Origin: an uncultured Anaerolineaceae bacterium
Lineage (GTDB): Bacteria; Chloroflexota; Dehalococcoidia; Tepidiformales; Tepidiformaceae
Direction: 5' to 3'
Assembly: GCA_964438865.1 (NCBI GenBank)
Contig: CAYTMI010000015.1
Coordinates: 1 to 64,000, forward strand
Length of the DNA: 64,000 nt
The translations under genes were made by a program, and so were the position numbers. Below, one piece after another: positions 28,969 through 37,801 of this stretch (within the stretch, counting starts at the first letter, position 1; each line of letters begins with the position of its first letter). Under the pieces are notes generated by a model. That model had not been told where the DNA came from. It ran no database searches and saw only the letters and a list, made by a program, of their open reading frames with translations.

Positions 28969-29997
28969 CTATTCGAGGCGGGCAGCCATAAGCTTCGCCC
29001 AGAGCGCATCGTCGAATGAACTCATGGCAGCGCCGGGTTCCTCCGCAGCCGCTCCCTGTCGTGCCACAACGAGGCCGAGGCTGCGGCAGACGTAGATCTT
29101 CTGGTCGGCCGCGCCCAGGGCACAGAACAAGTCCGGAGGCGCCGACGGCACCAGCGGCCCTGCAACCCTACCTTGCCGCATCGGCCGTAGATAGGACGCC
29201 TTGCCGTTGAGCCACCAGAAGAAGCCGTACGAAGGGTTCATCTGCTGTGACGTTTCCGTTGCGGCGTCGAGATAGAAGCGGTCGGCGAGCACAGGGCGGC
29301 CGTCCCACTCTCCGTGGTTCTGCACGAGCAGCCCGAAGCGGGCCATGTCACGAACCGTGGTCAAGAGCGCCGAAAACGGGGCGTCTTCGGGGCCGAAGGC
29401 GAAGAGGTTGCGGGGAACGCCGGGCGGTGCCTGGCGCGTGACCCATGACGTGTCGGCCATGCCTATGGGACCCCAGAGCACCTCTCGGGACCACTCGTCG
29501 AGCGGGCGACCGGTCACCCGCTCGAGGCCATCTTTGACGATGTGGTAAGCGCGGTTGTTGTAATACCACGACGCACCAGGTTCGGATTCGGGCGCGAGTT
29601 CTTCGTCGAGGCCGGTGCACATCGAAAGGTGGTGACGCAGCGTGATTCGGCGCTCGTGGTCCGCTGGCGCCTGCGACCAGCCGTCACCGAGCACGGCAGA
29701 GGATGGCGCGTCGATACTCAGCAGCCCCTGCTGCTGGGCGATGCCGACCAGCACCGAAACGACGCTCTTCTGAGCGGAGGCTATATCGCGGACGGTGTGG
29801 GCGCCGCCGGTGCCCCAGTAGCGCTCTGCGAGGATGCGCCCGTCGCGGAGGACGATGAGGCCGGTCGAGTGCTTTCCGCCCGCGAAGCTGAGCGCATCGT
29901 CGAGTCGTTTTGCGTGCCAACCCACCTCGGCGGGCCGAACCGTCTCCCATTGCCCGGAAGCTGAAGGTGGGAAGTACAACTGGCCTGCTGTGGCCAT
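28969..29997 (-). CDS. Serine hydrolase, beta-lactamase/transpeptidase-like (class C-like)
   Basis: 342 aa from the ATG at 29997. SxxK motif (SAQKS) near the N-terminus and the YxN region (YYNNRAY). The six-frame ORF reads through to 31047 only because of the absence of stops in antisense. Confidence 0.75.
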   Translation of the reverse strand: MATAGQLYFPPSASGQWETVRPAEVGWHAKRLDDALSFAGGKHSTGLIVLRDGRILAERYWGTGGAHTVRDIASAQKSVVSVLVGIAQQQGLLSIDAPSSAVLGDGWSQAPADHERRITLRHHLSMCTGLDEELAPESEPGASWYYNNRAYHIVKDGLERVTGRPLDEWSREVLWGPIGMADTSWVTRQAPPGVPRNLFAFGPEDAPFSALLTTVRDMARFGLLVQNHGEWDGRPVLADRFYLDAATETSQQMNPSYGFFWWLNGKASYLRPMRQGRVAGPLVPSAPPDLFCALGAADQKIYVCRSLGLVVARQGAAAEEPGAAMSSFDDALWAKLMAARLE

Positions 29998-30165
29998 TGG
30001 TCGAGCCTCCGGTTGGTGATTGAGCGGAGCATACAGCGGGCAGGCTGGGCCGCTATGACCTCCGGCAAGAAGGCGGCCGCACAGCCGTACGCGCTCTTCT
30101 GGTAGGCTCCGGATCGCGGGGTGGCCAGGTCCGCCCGCGATTCCGTGCCGAAGGGAAGAGATGCC

Positions 30166-31368
30166 ATGGCCGCGAACAGCGAGCTCAACCGGGTCGAACT
30201 GCTGCGGACAGTCGCTGCGCAGGTCATCGATGAGGCCTCGGCGGAGCTGCGCCGTATCAGCCTCGACATCCACGCCCATCCTGAGTTGAACTTCCAGGAG
30301 CACCACGCCCACGGACTCCTGACGGATTACCTGGAGTCGAAGGGCTTCGAAGTCACGCGGGGCGCCTATGAGATGCCGACCGCGTTCCAGGCAGTGGCGG
30401 GCAGTGGTTCGCCCACGATCGCCGTGATGTGCGAATACGATGCCCTCCCGGGCATTGGCCACGCCTGCGGCCACAACCTCATCGCCATCTCCGGCGTGGC
30501 CACGGCCCTGGGTCTGAAGGCGGCCCTCGGCGATGGCAGCGGCACCGTGGTCGTCCTCGGGAGCCCGGCCGAGGAGGGCGGCGGCGGCAAAGTCATCATG
30601 ATCGAACGCGGCGCCTTCGAAAACGTGGACGCCGCGATGATGCTGCACCCAACCCCCGGCGACGCTGCCTGGGCGAACGTGATCGCGATCCAGTCGGTGG
30701 AAGTGGACTACTTCGGCCGCAACGCCCACGCTTCGGCGTTCCCCTGGATGGGCCTGAACGCGCTGGACGCGATTGTGATGGCCTACAACGGCATCTCCCT
30801 GATGCGCCAGCAGATGCGCCCGACGGACCGGGTGCACGGGGTCATCACCCGCGGCGGGCTCAAACCCAACATCATCCCGGACCACACTTCCGCCGAGTAC
30901 TTCGTCCGCTCGAAGAACCCGGCGGAGCTTGAGGAACTGAAGGCCAAGGTGAAGGCGTGCTTCGAAGCCGCCGCCCTGGCCACCGGCTGCCGCCTCGAAT
31001 ACCGCGAGACGAACCGGCCCTACACCGACCTGGTCAACAACGACCACATGGCCGGGCGCTACGCAGACTACCTGGCCACCCTCGGCGCCGTCTCAGCTTC
31101 CCGGGAACAGGCGCTCTCGAGCGTCGCCGCCAGCACCGACATGGGAAACGTCAGCTACGTGGTGCCCACCATCCACCCGATGTTCGGGATCCCCACGATG
31201 GCCGGGAACCACACGCCGGGCTTCACCGAGGCCGCGGCGACCGCCGAAGCCCACGCCGCGACCATCCGCGCAGCGAAGGCGCTGGCGATGACAGCACTCG
31301 ATCTCTACCTGCAGCCCGGGCAGATGGAGGCGGCAAGGGCCGAGTTCAACGCGAATCTGCGGCGATGA
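30166..31368 (+). CDS. M20-family amidohydrolase (peptidase M20D / aminoacylase / AbgB-like)
   Basis: 400 aa. Metal-ligand motifs: HAHPELNFQEH, MCEYDALPGIGHACGHN, GSPAEEGGGG. Confidence 0.8.
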   Translation: MAANSELNRVELLRTVAAQVIDEASAELRRISLDIHAHPELNFQEHHAHGLLTDYLESKGFEVTRGAYEMPTAFQAVAGSGSPTIAVMCEYDALPGIGHACGHNLIAISGVATALGLKAALGDGSGTVVVLGSPAEEGGGGKVIMIERGAFENVDAAMMLHPTPGDAAWANVIAIQSVEVDYFGRNAHASAFPWMGLNALDAIVMAYNGISLMRQQMRPTDRVHGVITRGGLKPNIIPDHTSAEYFVRSKNPAELEELKAKVKACFEAAALATGCRLEYRETNRPYTDLVNNDHMAGRYADYLATLGAVSASREQALSSVAASTDMGNVSYVVPTIHPMFGIPTMAGNHTPGFTEAAATAEAHAATIRAAKALAMTALDLYLQPGQMEAARAEFNANLRR

Positions 31369-31394
31369 CGCGGGGCCTGGTCGGGGAGCGGCCT

Positions 31395-31423
31395 TGACGG
31401 AATGCGAACAGGCGTTCTATGGT
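31395..31423 (+). promoter_or_regulatory. Sigma-70-like promoter candidate upstream of rplI-dnaB (TTGACG-N17-TATGGT)
   Basis: Hexamers read directly from sequence; they lie 170 bp upstream of the rplI ATG in a non-coding gap. Confidence 0.45.
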
Positions 31424-31594
31424 CATAACTGCTGTTCGGAGTGAAGAAACCACCAGGGTGCGGCCAGCGCGACGATAACGCATTGAGCCGCTACCATCAG
31501 TGGTCTACGGTTGCGCCCGGGACTTGCCGGGGCGTCACCGGCCGGCTGTACGCAACAGTGCGGCAATCACCCCAAATGGCATCGAGGTTCTCCC

Positions 31595-32203
31595 ATGAAA
31601 GTCGTCTTTTTCGAAGACGTTGAAGGCACCGCGCAGGTCGGCGACATCAAGGAAGTGAAGAACGGGTTCGCCCGCAACTTCCTCCTGCCGCGCAACCTTG
31701 CCGGTGCTCCTACCCGCGACAACCTGCAACACGCGCAGGCGCTGGCCCAGAAGGAAGTCCGGCGCCAGGAGAAACTCGACGGCGAGGCTCGCAAGACCAC
31801 TGACCGGCTGGCGGGCTACACGATTTCGATCGAAGCCCGCGTTGGCGAAAGCGGCCGCCTCTTCGGCTCCGTCACCAACCGTGACATCGCTGAAAAGCTG
31901 CACGCCGCCAGCGGCATTCAGGTCGACCCGCACATCGTGCTGCTCGCCGAACCCATCCGCGAACTCGGCAGCCGCCCGGTGACCATCAAGTTCACGCGCA
32001 ACGTTTCGGTCGAAGTGAACGTGGACGTGGTGCCGGACGAAGAGTCGAAGCCGATCGTGGCGAAGCTCATCGCCGAAGCGCAGGCGCAGGCTGCCCTGGC
32101 GCGCAAGGCCGACGAGGCCGCGGCCTATGCCGCAGCCCAGGCTGCCGCGAAGGCCGGCCACGCGGAAGCCGCCGAAGACGAAGAAGAAGCCCAGGCCGAA
32201 TAA
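31595..32203 (+). CDS. rplI: 50S ribosomal protein L9 (Ala/Glu-rich C-terminal extension)
   Basis: 202 aa from the ATG at 31595 (MKVVFFEDVEGTAQVGDIKEVKNGFARNFLLPRNLA), canonical L9; immediately upstream of dnaB. Confidence 0.92.
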   Translation: MKVVFFEDVEGTAQVGDIKEVKNGFARNFLLPRNLAGAPTRDNLQHAQALAQKEVRRQEKLDGEARKTTDRLAGYTISIEARVGESGRLFGSVTNRDIAEKLHAASGIQVDPHIVLLAEPIRELGSRPVTIKFTRNVSVEVNVDVVPDEESKPIVAKLIAEAQAQAALARKADEAAAYAAAQAAAKAGHAEAAEDEEEAQAE

Positions 32204-32278
32204 CGCCGGGAAGGAGGTGCGTGGGACCAGTTCAGCCGCGCTCAGGCGCGATTCTCTCTGCCGGTCCCCCCTCCGCCC

Positions 32279-33679
32279 ATGGCATTTCCCGCTGCCCTCG
32301 AACGCCTTCCCCCGCATGACATCGAAGCCGAAGAGGCCGTCATCGCGGCGCTCCTCGTGGATGTGGAAGCGCTGCACAAGGTGCTGCCCATCCTCAAGCC
32401 CCAGGACTTCTTCCGCGAGAAGAACGGCTGGGTGTACGAATCCTGCCTCGCACTGTGGAACCGCGACGAAGCCGTAAACCAGATCACGGTCGCCCATGAG
32501 CTTGCCCGCCACGACCGGTTGGAGGACACGGGCGGCCAGACGTATCTCGCTGAGGTCATCCGCCGGCTGCCGACCAGCCTCGGGGTCGAGTTCTATGCCC
32601 GGCTCGTCAAGCGCGACGCGACCTACCGGGGCCTCATCCACGCGGCCACCGGCATCCTCCAGATGGCCTACGAGGCCCCGCCGGAGATCGAGCACGTTTT
32701 CACCCGCGCCGAAGACCTGATCCAGCGTCTCCGGGGCGGCGAGAACTTCCGCGACTTCGTCCACATCAGCCAACTCCTCTCGGCCTACCTCGAAGAGGAC
32801 GCGGAGACCTTCGAGCGCAAGCAGCTCTCCGCCATCCAGACGGGCTTCACCGACCTCGACGCCCTGCTCGGCGGCTTGAAGCGCTCAGACCTCGCGATCA
32901 TCGGCGCCCGGCCGAGCGTCGGGAAGTCGAGCTTCGCGCTCGGCATCGCCCGGAACGCGGCGGTGAGCCAGCGCGCCAACGTCGCTTTCTTTTCGCTGGA
33001 AATGAGCGGCGAGCAACTGGCCGTGCGTCTGCTCTCCGCCGAAGCCAACGTGGAAGCGACGCGACTTCGCCTCGGCACCCAGACCGAACTGGAGGAGCGC
33101 CGGATCATCCGGGCCACCGGCGAACTCTCCGAAGCCAACATCTGGTTCGACGACTCCCCGGTGCTGACCGTGGCCGAACTGCGGGCGAAAGCGCGTCGCC
33201 TGGCCATGCGCCAGAACGGCCTCGACCTGATCGTGATCGACTACCTCCAGCTCATGCACGGGGAGGGGATCCCCGGCCGGGAGAACCGCGTCCAGGAGAT
33301 CAGCTACATCTCGCGCACGTTGAAGAGCCTGGCTCGCGAGTTGGACGTGCCGATCATCGCCCTTGCCCAGCTTTCTCGCGCAATCGAAAACCGTCACCCG
33401 CGGACGCCGATGCTGTCCGACCTCCGGGATTCGGGCTCCATCGAACAGGACGCTGACGTGGTGATGTTCCTCAGCCGCGAAGAGCTCTATGTGTCGCTTG
33501 AGCAGTGGATGGCCTCGCACGAAGACATGCCCGCCGCTGCCTACCCCAAGGGCGTTGCCCAGGTGATCGTCGCGAAGCACCGCAACGGCCCCATCGGCAA
33601 CGTGGAGCTTCGTTTCCGCGACCGGATCGCAAAGTTCGAAGACTGGACGCTCAGGCGGGATGGACCACCCGATGACTGA
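32279..33679 (+). CDS. dnaB: Replicative DNA helicase DnaB
   Basis: 466 aa. N-terminal domain (IEAEEAVIAALL), Walker A GARPSVGKSSFAL, Walker B LIVIDYLQLM, and arginine finger region. Confidence 0.95.
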   Translation: MAFPAALERLPPHDIEAEEAVIAALLVDVEALHKVLPILKPQDFFREKNGWVYESCLALWNRDEAVNQITVAHELARHDRLEDTGGQTYLAEVIRRLPTSLGVEFYARLVKRDATYRGLIHAATGILQMAYEAPPEIEHVFTRAEDLIQRLRGGENFRDFVHISQLLSAYLEEDAETFERKQLSAIQTGFTDLDALLGGLKRSDLAIIGARPSVGKSSFALGIARNAAVSQRANVAFFSLEMSGEQLAVRLLSAEANVEATRLRLGTQTELEERRIIRATGELSEANIWFDDSPVLTVAELRAKARRLAMRQNGLDLIVIDYLQLMHGEGIPGRENRVQEISYISRTLKSLARELDVPIIALAQLSRAIENRHPRTPMLSDLRDSGSIEQDADVVMFLSREELYVSLEQWMASHEDMPAAAYPKGVAQVIVAKHRNGPIGNVELRFRDRIAKFEDWTLRRDGPPDD

Positions 33680-34385
33680 CGCAGGCTTCGCCGGGTTCCC
33701 GGGCGTGTCGAAAGCGACGGCCATTCCCAACGTCTTCTTCGCGGCCGTCCTCCCGGAAATGCGTTCGCCGGCGGCGCTCCTGGCGTTCCTCTGGGTCGCT
33801 CGTATCGTCCAGGAACAGAAGGGCGAGTCGCGCTTCGTGACGGAGGAACAGATCTGGGCGTGCGAGGGCACTGCCGCCTCGTTCGAAGCGATCGGCGGGG
33901 GCCGGCGGGGCCTTGGCGAAGGGCTCTCTCAGTGTGCTGCCCTTGGCGCGCTCCTGCCGTTGCGTCTCTCTGGCCCGGGCGGCGAAGAGACCGTGTACTT
34001 CGTCAACAACCCCGGGTCGCAGCGTGCTGTGGGCCGGGCGCGGGCTGGCGAGCTTCGCCTGAAGGCGGAGACGGTGGCGGTTGCGGTCGCCAGCGAATCC
34101 CGCCCCGGCATCTTCCGCATGTACGAAGAGAACATCGGGACGATCACACCGATGGTGGGCGAACGCCTCTTGCATGCGGCCGAAACCTACCCCGCGGAAT
34201 GGGTGGAAGAAGCCTTCCGCGAAGCGGCGGAACTGAACAAGCGCAGCTGGCGCTACGTTGAGCGCATTCTCCAGAAGTGGGCCGAGGAGGGCCGCGGCAA
34301 TGAAGGACCTGAAGGAGATTCTTTCGAAGATCGCAAGCGGCGCTACCTCGGGGGACAGCTCGGGCACGTTGTCCGCTATCGCTGA
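33660..34385 (+). CDS. DnaD-domain replication initiation/membrane-attachment-like protein
   Basis: 241 aa; C-terminal DnaD/DnaB_2 signature (KRSWRYVERILQKWAEEG, the YxxxIxxxW motif). The start may instead be the ATG at 33672; overlaps the dnaB 3' end. Confidence 0.65.
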   Translation: MDHPMTDAGFAGFPGVSKATAIPNVFFAAVLPEMRSPAALLAFLWVARIVQEQKGESRFVTEEQIWACEGTAASFEAIGGGRRGLGEGLSQCAALGALLPLRLSGPGGEETVYFVNNPGSQRAVGRARAGELRLKAETVAVAVASESRPGIFRMYEENIGTITPMVGERLLHAAETYPAEWVEEAFREAAELNKRSWRYVERILQKWAEEGRGNEGPEGDSFEDRKRRYLGGQLGHVVRYR

Positions 34386-35697
34386 CGAACCGGAGCCCGG
34401 CGTCTGCCCGATCTGCCGGGGCGCAGGCTTCGTCCGGCGGCCGCGACCGGTGGACCATCCCCGTTTCGGGAAAGCGGAGCCCTGCGAGTGCGTCCTTGAC
34501 GAAGCAGAGGATGTCCGGCGGACGCGGCTCGAACGGCTGAGCAACCTCGGCGCCCTGACGCGGTTCACCTTCGACACGCTTTCACCGCTCGGACGGCACG
34601 GTGACAACCCGTGGTGCGAACGGGCGACGGCCGTTGCCCGCGACTTCGCTGCCTCGCCAGCGGGCTGGCTCGTGCTGAGCGGTCCTAGCGGCAGCGGAAA
34701 GACACACATCGCCGCGGCGATCGCCAACGACCGCATCGCCCGGGGAGAGCCCGCGCTCTTCATGGTGGTCTCCGACCTCCTGGACCACCTTCGCGCCAGC
34801 TACGAGGCGGCGGTCGACGAACTCGACTACGATGCGATGTTCGACCAGGTGCGGAACGCCCCCTTGCTGATCCTGGACGACATCGACGCCGTTTCACCGA
34901 CTCCGTGGGCCAACGAGAAGCTCCACCAGGTGGTGAACCACCGCTACAACGCCCAACTGCCGACCGTGTTCACCTGCGCGGTGCGGCCCTCCGCCCTCGA
35001 CCGGCGGCTGGCAACCCGCCTGGCCGACGACAGCGTTTCCACGATCGTCCTGCTGGAAGGCGGAGGCCAGGCAACCTACCGGCAGGTGGGAGGGATGACG
35101 CGCGAGCGGCTGGCGGAGATGCAGTTCCGTGACTTCGACCTCCGCGGCGCAGGGCTCCAGCCGGAGGAGCGGGAGTCGCTCGAAGCAGCATTCCGTGCCT
35201 CGCAAGCCTACGCGGACCATCCGGATCGCTGGTTCACGCTCCAGGGGGTGAACGGGTGTGGAAAGACGCACCTGGCGGCGGCGATCGCGAACAAGGTGCT
35301 CACCAACGGGGGAGAGGTCTTCTTCGCCGTCGTCCCCGACCTCCTGGACCACCTCCGCGCGTCCTTCGCGCCGACGAAGGATGTGGGGTACGACGAACTC
35401 TTCGAACAGGTCCGCAACGCGCCCCTGCTGGTGCTGGACGACCTTGGCGCGCAGGCGTCGTCCCCGTGGGCACAGGAGAAGCTCTACCAGATCGTGAACT
35501 ACCGGACGGTCTCGGCGTTGCCGACAGTGGTCACCACCGACCAGCAACTGGACCAGCTTTCGGGCGCGCACCCCCGGATCGTCGCGCGCATCGCCGACCC
35601 GCATGCGGGCTCGGTCATTGCCATCCTGTCGCCGCATTACCGTTTGGGGCGGATGGTCGAACAGCGGGGGAACCCGCCGCCGCGGCGGGGCCGTTAG
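34300..35697 (+). CDS. Tandem-duplicated DnaC/DnaI-like AAA+ helicase-loader protein with N-terminal Cys4 zinc ribbon
   Basis: 465 aa from the ATG at 34300. Zinc ribbon CPICRGAGF...CEC. AAA+ module 1: Walker A GPSGSGKTHIAAAIAN, Walker B LLILDDID. AAA+ module 2: Walker A GVNGCGKTHLAAAIAN, Walker B LLVLDDLG. Each module is followed by ..PWA.EKL.Q.VN.RY. Overlaps the 3' end of the DnaD-like gene in another frame. Confidence 0.8.
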   Translation: MKDLKEILSKIASGATSGDSSGTLSAIADEPEPGVCPICRGAGFVRRPRPVDHPRFGKAEPCECVLDEAEDVRRTRLERLSNLGALTRFTFDTLSPLGRHGDNPWCERATAVARDFAASPAGWLVLSGPSGSGKTHIAAAIANDRIARGEPALFMVVSDLLDHLRASYEAAVDELDYDAMFDQVRNAPLLILDDIDAVSPTPWANEKLHQVVNHRYNAQLPTVFTCAVRPSALDRRLATRLADDSVSTIVLLEGGGQATYRQVGGMTRERLAEMQFRDFDLRGAGLQPEERESLEAAFRASQAYADHPDRWFTLQGVNGCGKTHLAAAIANKVLTNGGEVFFAVVPDLLDHLRASFAPTKDVGYDELFEQVRNAPLLVLDDLGAQASSPWAQEKLYQIVNYRTVSALPTVVTTDQQLDQLSGAHPRIVARIADPHAGSVIAILSPHYRLGRMVEQRGNPPPRRGR

Positions 35698-36179
35698 GCG
35701 CGGAGGCGGCGCGCCACCCAGTCGCGCAGGGCCCGTTCCGTGCTGTCGAACGCGATCTCGTCCCAGGGGATCTCGTGCGGAGCGAACCAGCCGATTTCGC
35801 TGGTTTCGTGCCCGGCCGAGCCTTCGCCATCCGCCACGGCTTCGTAGACGATGACGACGACCCCGGGCTCGATGCGCGTGTAGACGCCGAGCAGTTCGAG
35901 GCTCCCGACCGCCAGGTTCGCCTCCTCGAGCGTTTCGCGCATGGCGGCTTCCTCGGCAGTCTCGCCGACGTCCATGTACCCGCCGGGGAACACCCAGAGC
36001 CCGCGCCGCGGTTCGATTGCGCGGCGCACCAGCAGGCAGGCGCCGTCTTCGCGGACCGGGATGGTGCCCGCGACCGGCCGCGGATTCAGGTAGTGGACGA
36101 AGCCGCAGTCGATGCAGACAAGGCGCCGTTTGGTGTCGCCTTCCGGCACGGCGGAAGTCAGCCGCTGGCCGCAATGCAT
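35694..36179 (-). CDS. NUDIX hydrolase with N-terminal zinc ribbon (NudC-like)
   Basis: 161 aa from the ATG at 36179. C-x2-C...C-x2-C (CMHCGQ...CIDCG), then a Nudix box (GGYMDVGETAEEAAMRETLEEANL). Its stop overlaps the convergent DnaC-like stop. Confidence 0.75.
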   Translation of the reverse strand: MHCGQRLTSAVPEGDTKRRLVCIDCGFVHYLNPRPVAGTIPVREDGACLLVRRAIEPRRGLWVFPGGYMDVGETAEEAAMRETLEEANLAVGSLELLGVYTRIEPGVVVIVYEAVADGEGSAGHETSEIGWFAPHEIPWDEIAFDSTERALRDWVARRLRA

Positions 36180-36216
36180 GCAATACCGGCTGAAGGAATG
36201 CGGGTGGTTCGCCACG

Positions 36217-36666
36217 TCAGCGCATGCCCGCGGGTGCCTGCTGGATGCCCAGCGATTCCGGCCCTTCGATCCAGGCCTCGCCGTCTTCCCAGACTTCCTT
36301 CTTCCAGACGGGGACCCGTTTCTTGATTTCGTTGACCAGCCAGTGGCCGCCTTCGAAGGATTCGGCCCGGTGCCCGCTGCTGACGGCAATCAGGAGGCTT
36401 GTTTCGCCCAGTTCCAGGCGGCCCGTCCGGTGGAGAACCGCGCAGTCGAGCAGCCCGAATCGGTCCTTCGCTTCCGCGGCAATTTCGCGCATGACCTTTT
36501 CGGCCATCGCCGGGTAGGCGTCGTAGACGAGGTGGTCGACGCGGCGGCCGAGGTTGTTGTCGCGCACGTTCCCGAGGAAAACGTTGACGGCGCCAGCTGC
36601 GTTTGTTTCGACGGCGGCCACCGCCTCGGCGATGTTGAGCGGTGTTTCGGTGACACGAATGAGCAA
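36217..36666 (-). CDS. moaE: Molybdopterin synthase catalytic subunit MoaE
   Basis: 149 aa; MoaE fold motifs (GAVNVFLGNVRD, IAVSSGHR); sits downstream of the moaD-like gene. Confidence 0.8.
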   Translation of the reverse strand: MLIRVTETPLNIAEAVAAVETNAAGAVNVFLGNVRDNNLGRRVDHLVYDAYPAMAEKVMREIAAEAKDRFGLLDCAVLHRTGRLELGETSLLIAVSSGHRAESFEGGHWLVNEIKKRVPVWKKEVWEDGEAWIEGPESLGIQQAPAGMR

Positions 36667-36670
36667 GGAG

Positions 36671-36916
36671 CTAACCCCCGGAGACAGGCGGGATAAGGGC
36701 GAGGGTGGCCCCGGCGGGCACCGGCGCCGATGGTTTCACATACTCTTCGTCCACCGCGAACAGCAGCGAGGGCCGGAAGCGCGCAAGCTGCGGGTGGGCG
36801 GCCATCAGGCGGTCGCAGACGGTCTCCACCGTGTCGCCCGGGGCCGACTGCAGTTCGAGACGGCGTTGGCCAGCGGCGTCGGCCACTGAAGCGAAGAGGA
36901 GGATGGTGACGGTCAC
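36671..36916 (-). CDS. moaD: MoaD/ThiS-family sulfur carrier protein (C-terminal GG)
   Basis: 81 aa from the GTG at 36916; ends ...ALIPPVSGG*. The six-frame ORF 36671..37366 over-extends upstream. Confidence 0.7.
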   Translation of the reverse strand: MTVTILLFASVADAAGQRRLELQSAPGDTVETVCDRLMAAHPQLARFRPSLLFAVDEEYVKPSAPVPAGATLALIPPVSGG

Positions 36917-36948
36917 CCCCCAATTGTAGCCCACCCGCGGCCCGCCAC

Positions 36949-37707
36949 TTGCGAGGACAGCAGAAGAGGCGTGGAATAGCGGCCGTGACCGGCCCGTTCG
37001 TCGGAAGAATGCTGGGCGTCGCGCTCGACCTTGCTTACCCGCCGCGGTGCGTGGGCTGCGCCTGCTTCGGCACGCTTCTTTGCGACTCCTGCCGGGGTGG
37101 CCTTGCCCCGGCGACGGGTCCGGGCCGGTGTCCGAACTGTTCGGCGGCCTGGACCGAGCCTCTGAACTGCCCTCGCTGTCAGTCGTGGGGCGCCCTCGAC
37201 GGCTGCGTCGCCGCATTCGAGATGGAAGGCGTCGCCCGGCGGCTGGTCCACGCCCTGAAGTACGAATACGTGACGGCGGCGGCACCGCTGATGTCGGCCG
37301 AAATGGAACGGCTCCGGGCCAGCCCGAAGTCCTTCGATGTCGCGGTGGCTGTGCCGCTTCACGCATCGCGCCAGCGGCGCCGGGGCTTCAACCAGGCGGG
37401 GCAGATCCTCGGGAACCTGGAGTGGGCACCCCTCCCGGGACGCCTGGTCCGGGGACGAAAGACGCACCAGCAAGTTGGCCTGGGCCACCGCGACCGCCGG
37501 GCCAACGTTTCCGGGGCGTTCGACTATTCGGGCGATCGCCTGGAGGGGTTGGTTGTGGGACTCGTCGATGACGTGGTCACGACCGGGGCGACGGCGAACG
37601 AGTGCGCGCGGGTGCTGAAGGAGCACGGAGCCCGGGAGGTGGTGGCGGTGGCCTTCGCCCGGGCCAGCTTCGACCTCTCGCGGCCGGATGTGCCGATCGT
37701 CGACTGA
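36949..37707 (+). CDS. ComF-family phosphoribosyltransferase (competence protein F-like)
   Basis: Two N-terminal Cys pairs (CVGCA...CDSC; CPNC...CPRC) and a C-terminal PRTase motif (VGLVDDVVTTGATANE). The start may be the ATG at 37009. Confidence 0.75.
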   Translation: MRGQQKRRGIAAVTGPFVGRMLGVALDLAYPPRCVGCACFGTLLCDSCRGGLAPATGPGRCPNCSAAWTEPLNCPRCQSWGALDGCVAAFEMEGVARRLVHALKYEYVTAAAPLMSAEMERLRASPKSFDVAVAVPLHASRQRRRGFNQAGQILGNLEWAPLPGRLVRGRKTHQQVGLGHRDRRANVSGAFDYSGDRLEGLVVGLVDDVVTTGATANECARVLKEHGAREVVAVAFARASFDLSRPDVPIVD

Positions 37708-37801
37708 GCGCTTCGAGAAGGTTAATCCCAGCTTTCCCCAGTGTGCCTACAATAGGGCGAACCCCCGGCCGCACTGAGGGCCGGGACACTCGGAGCTGCC
37801 A

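Noticed and set aside
28969-31047. 692-aa merged minus-strand ORF
   Set aside because: Only the 3' 1029 nt (28969..29997, beta-lactamase-like protein starting MATAGQ) is a real gene. The remainder reads antisense through the divergent M20 amidohydrolase gene.
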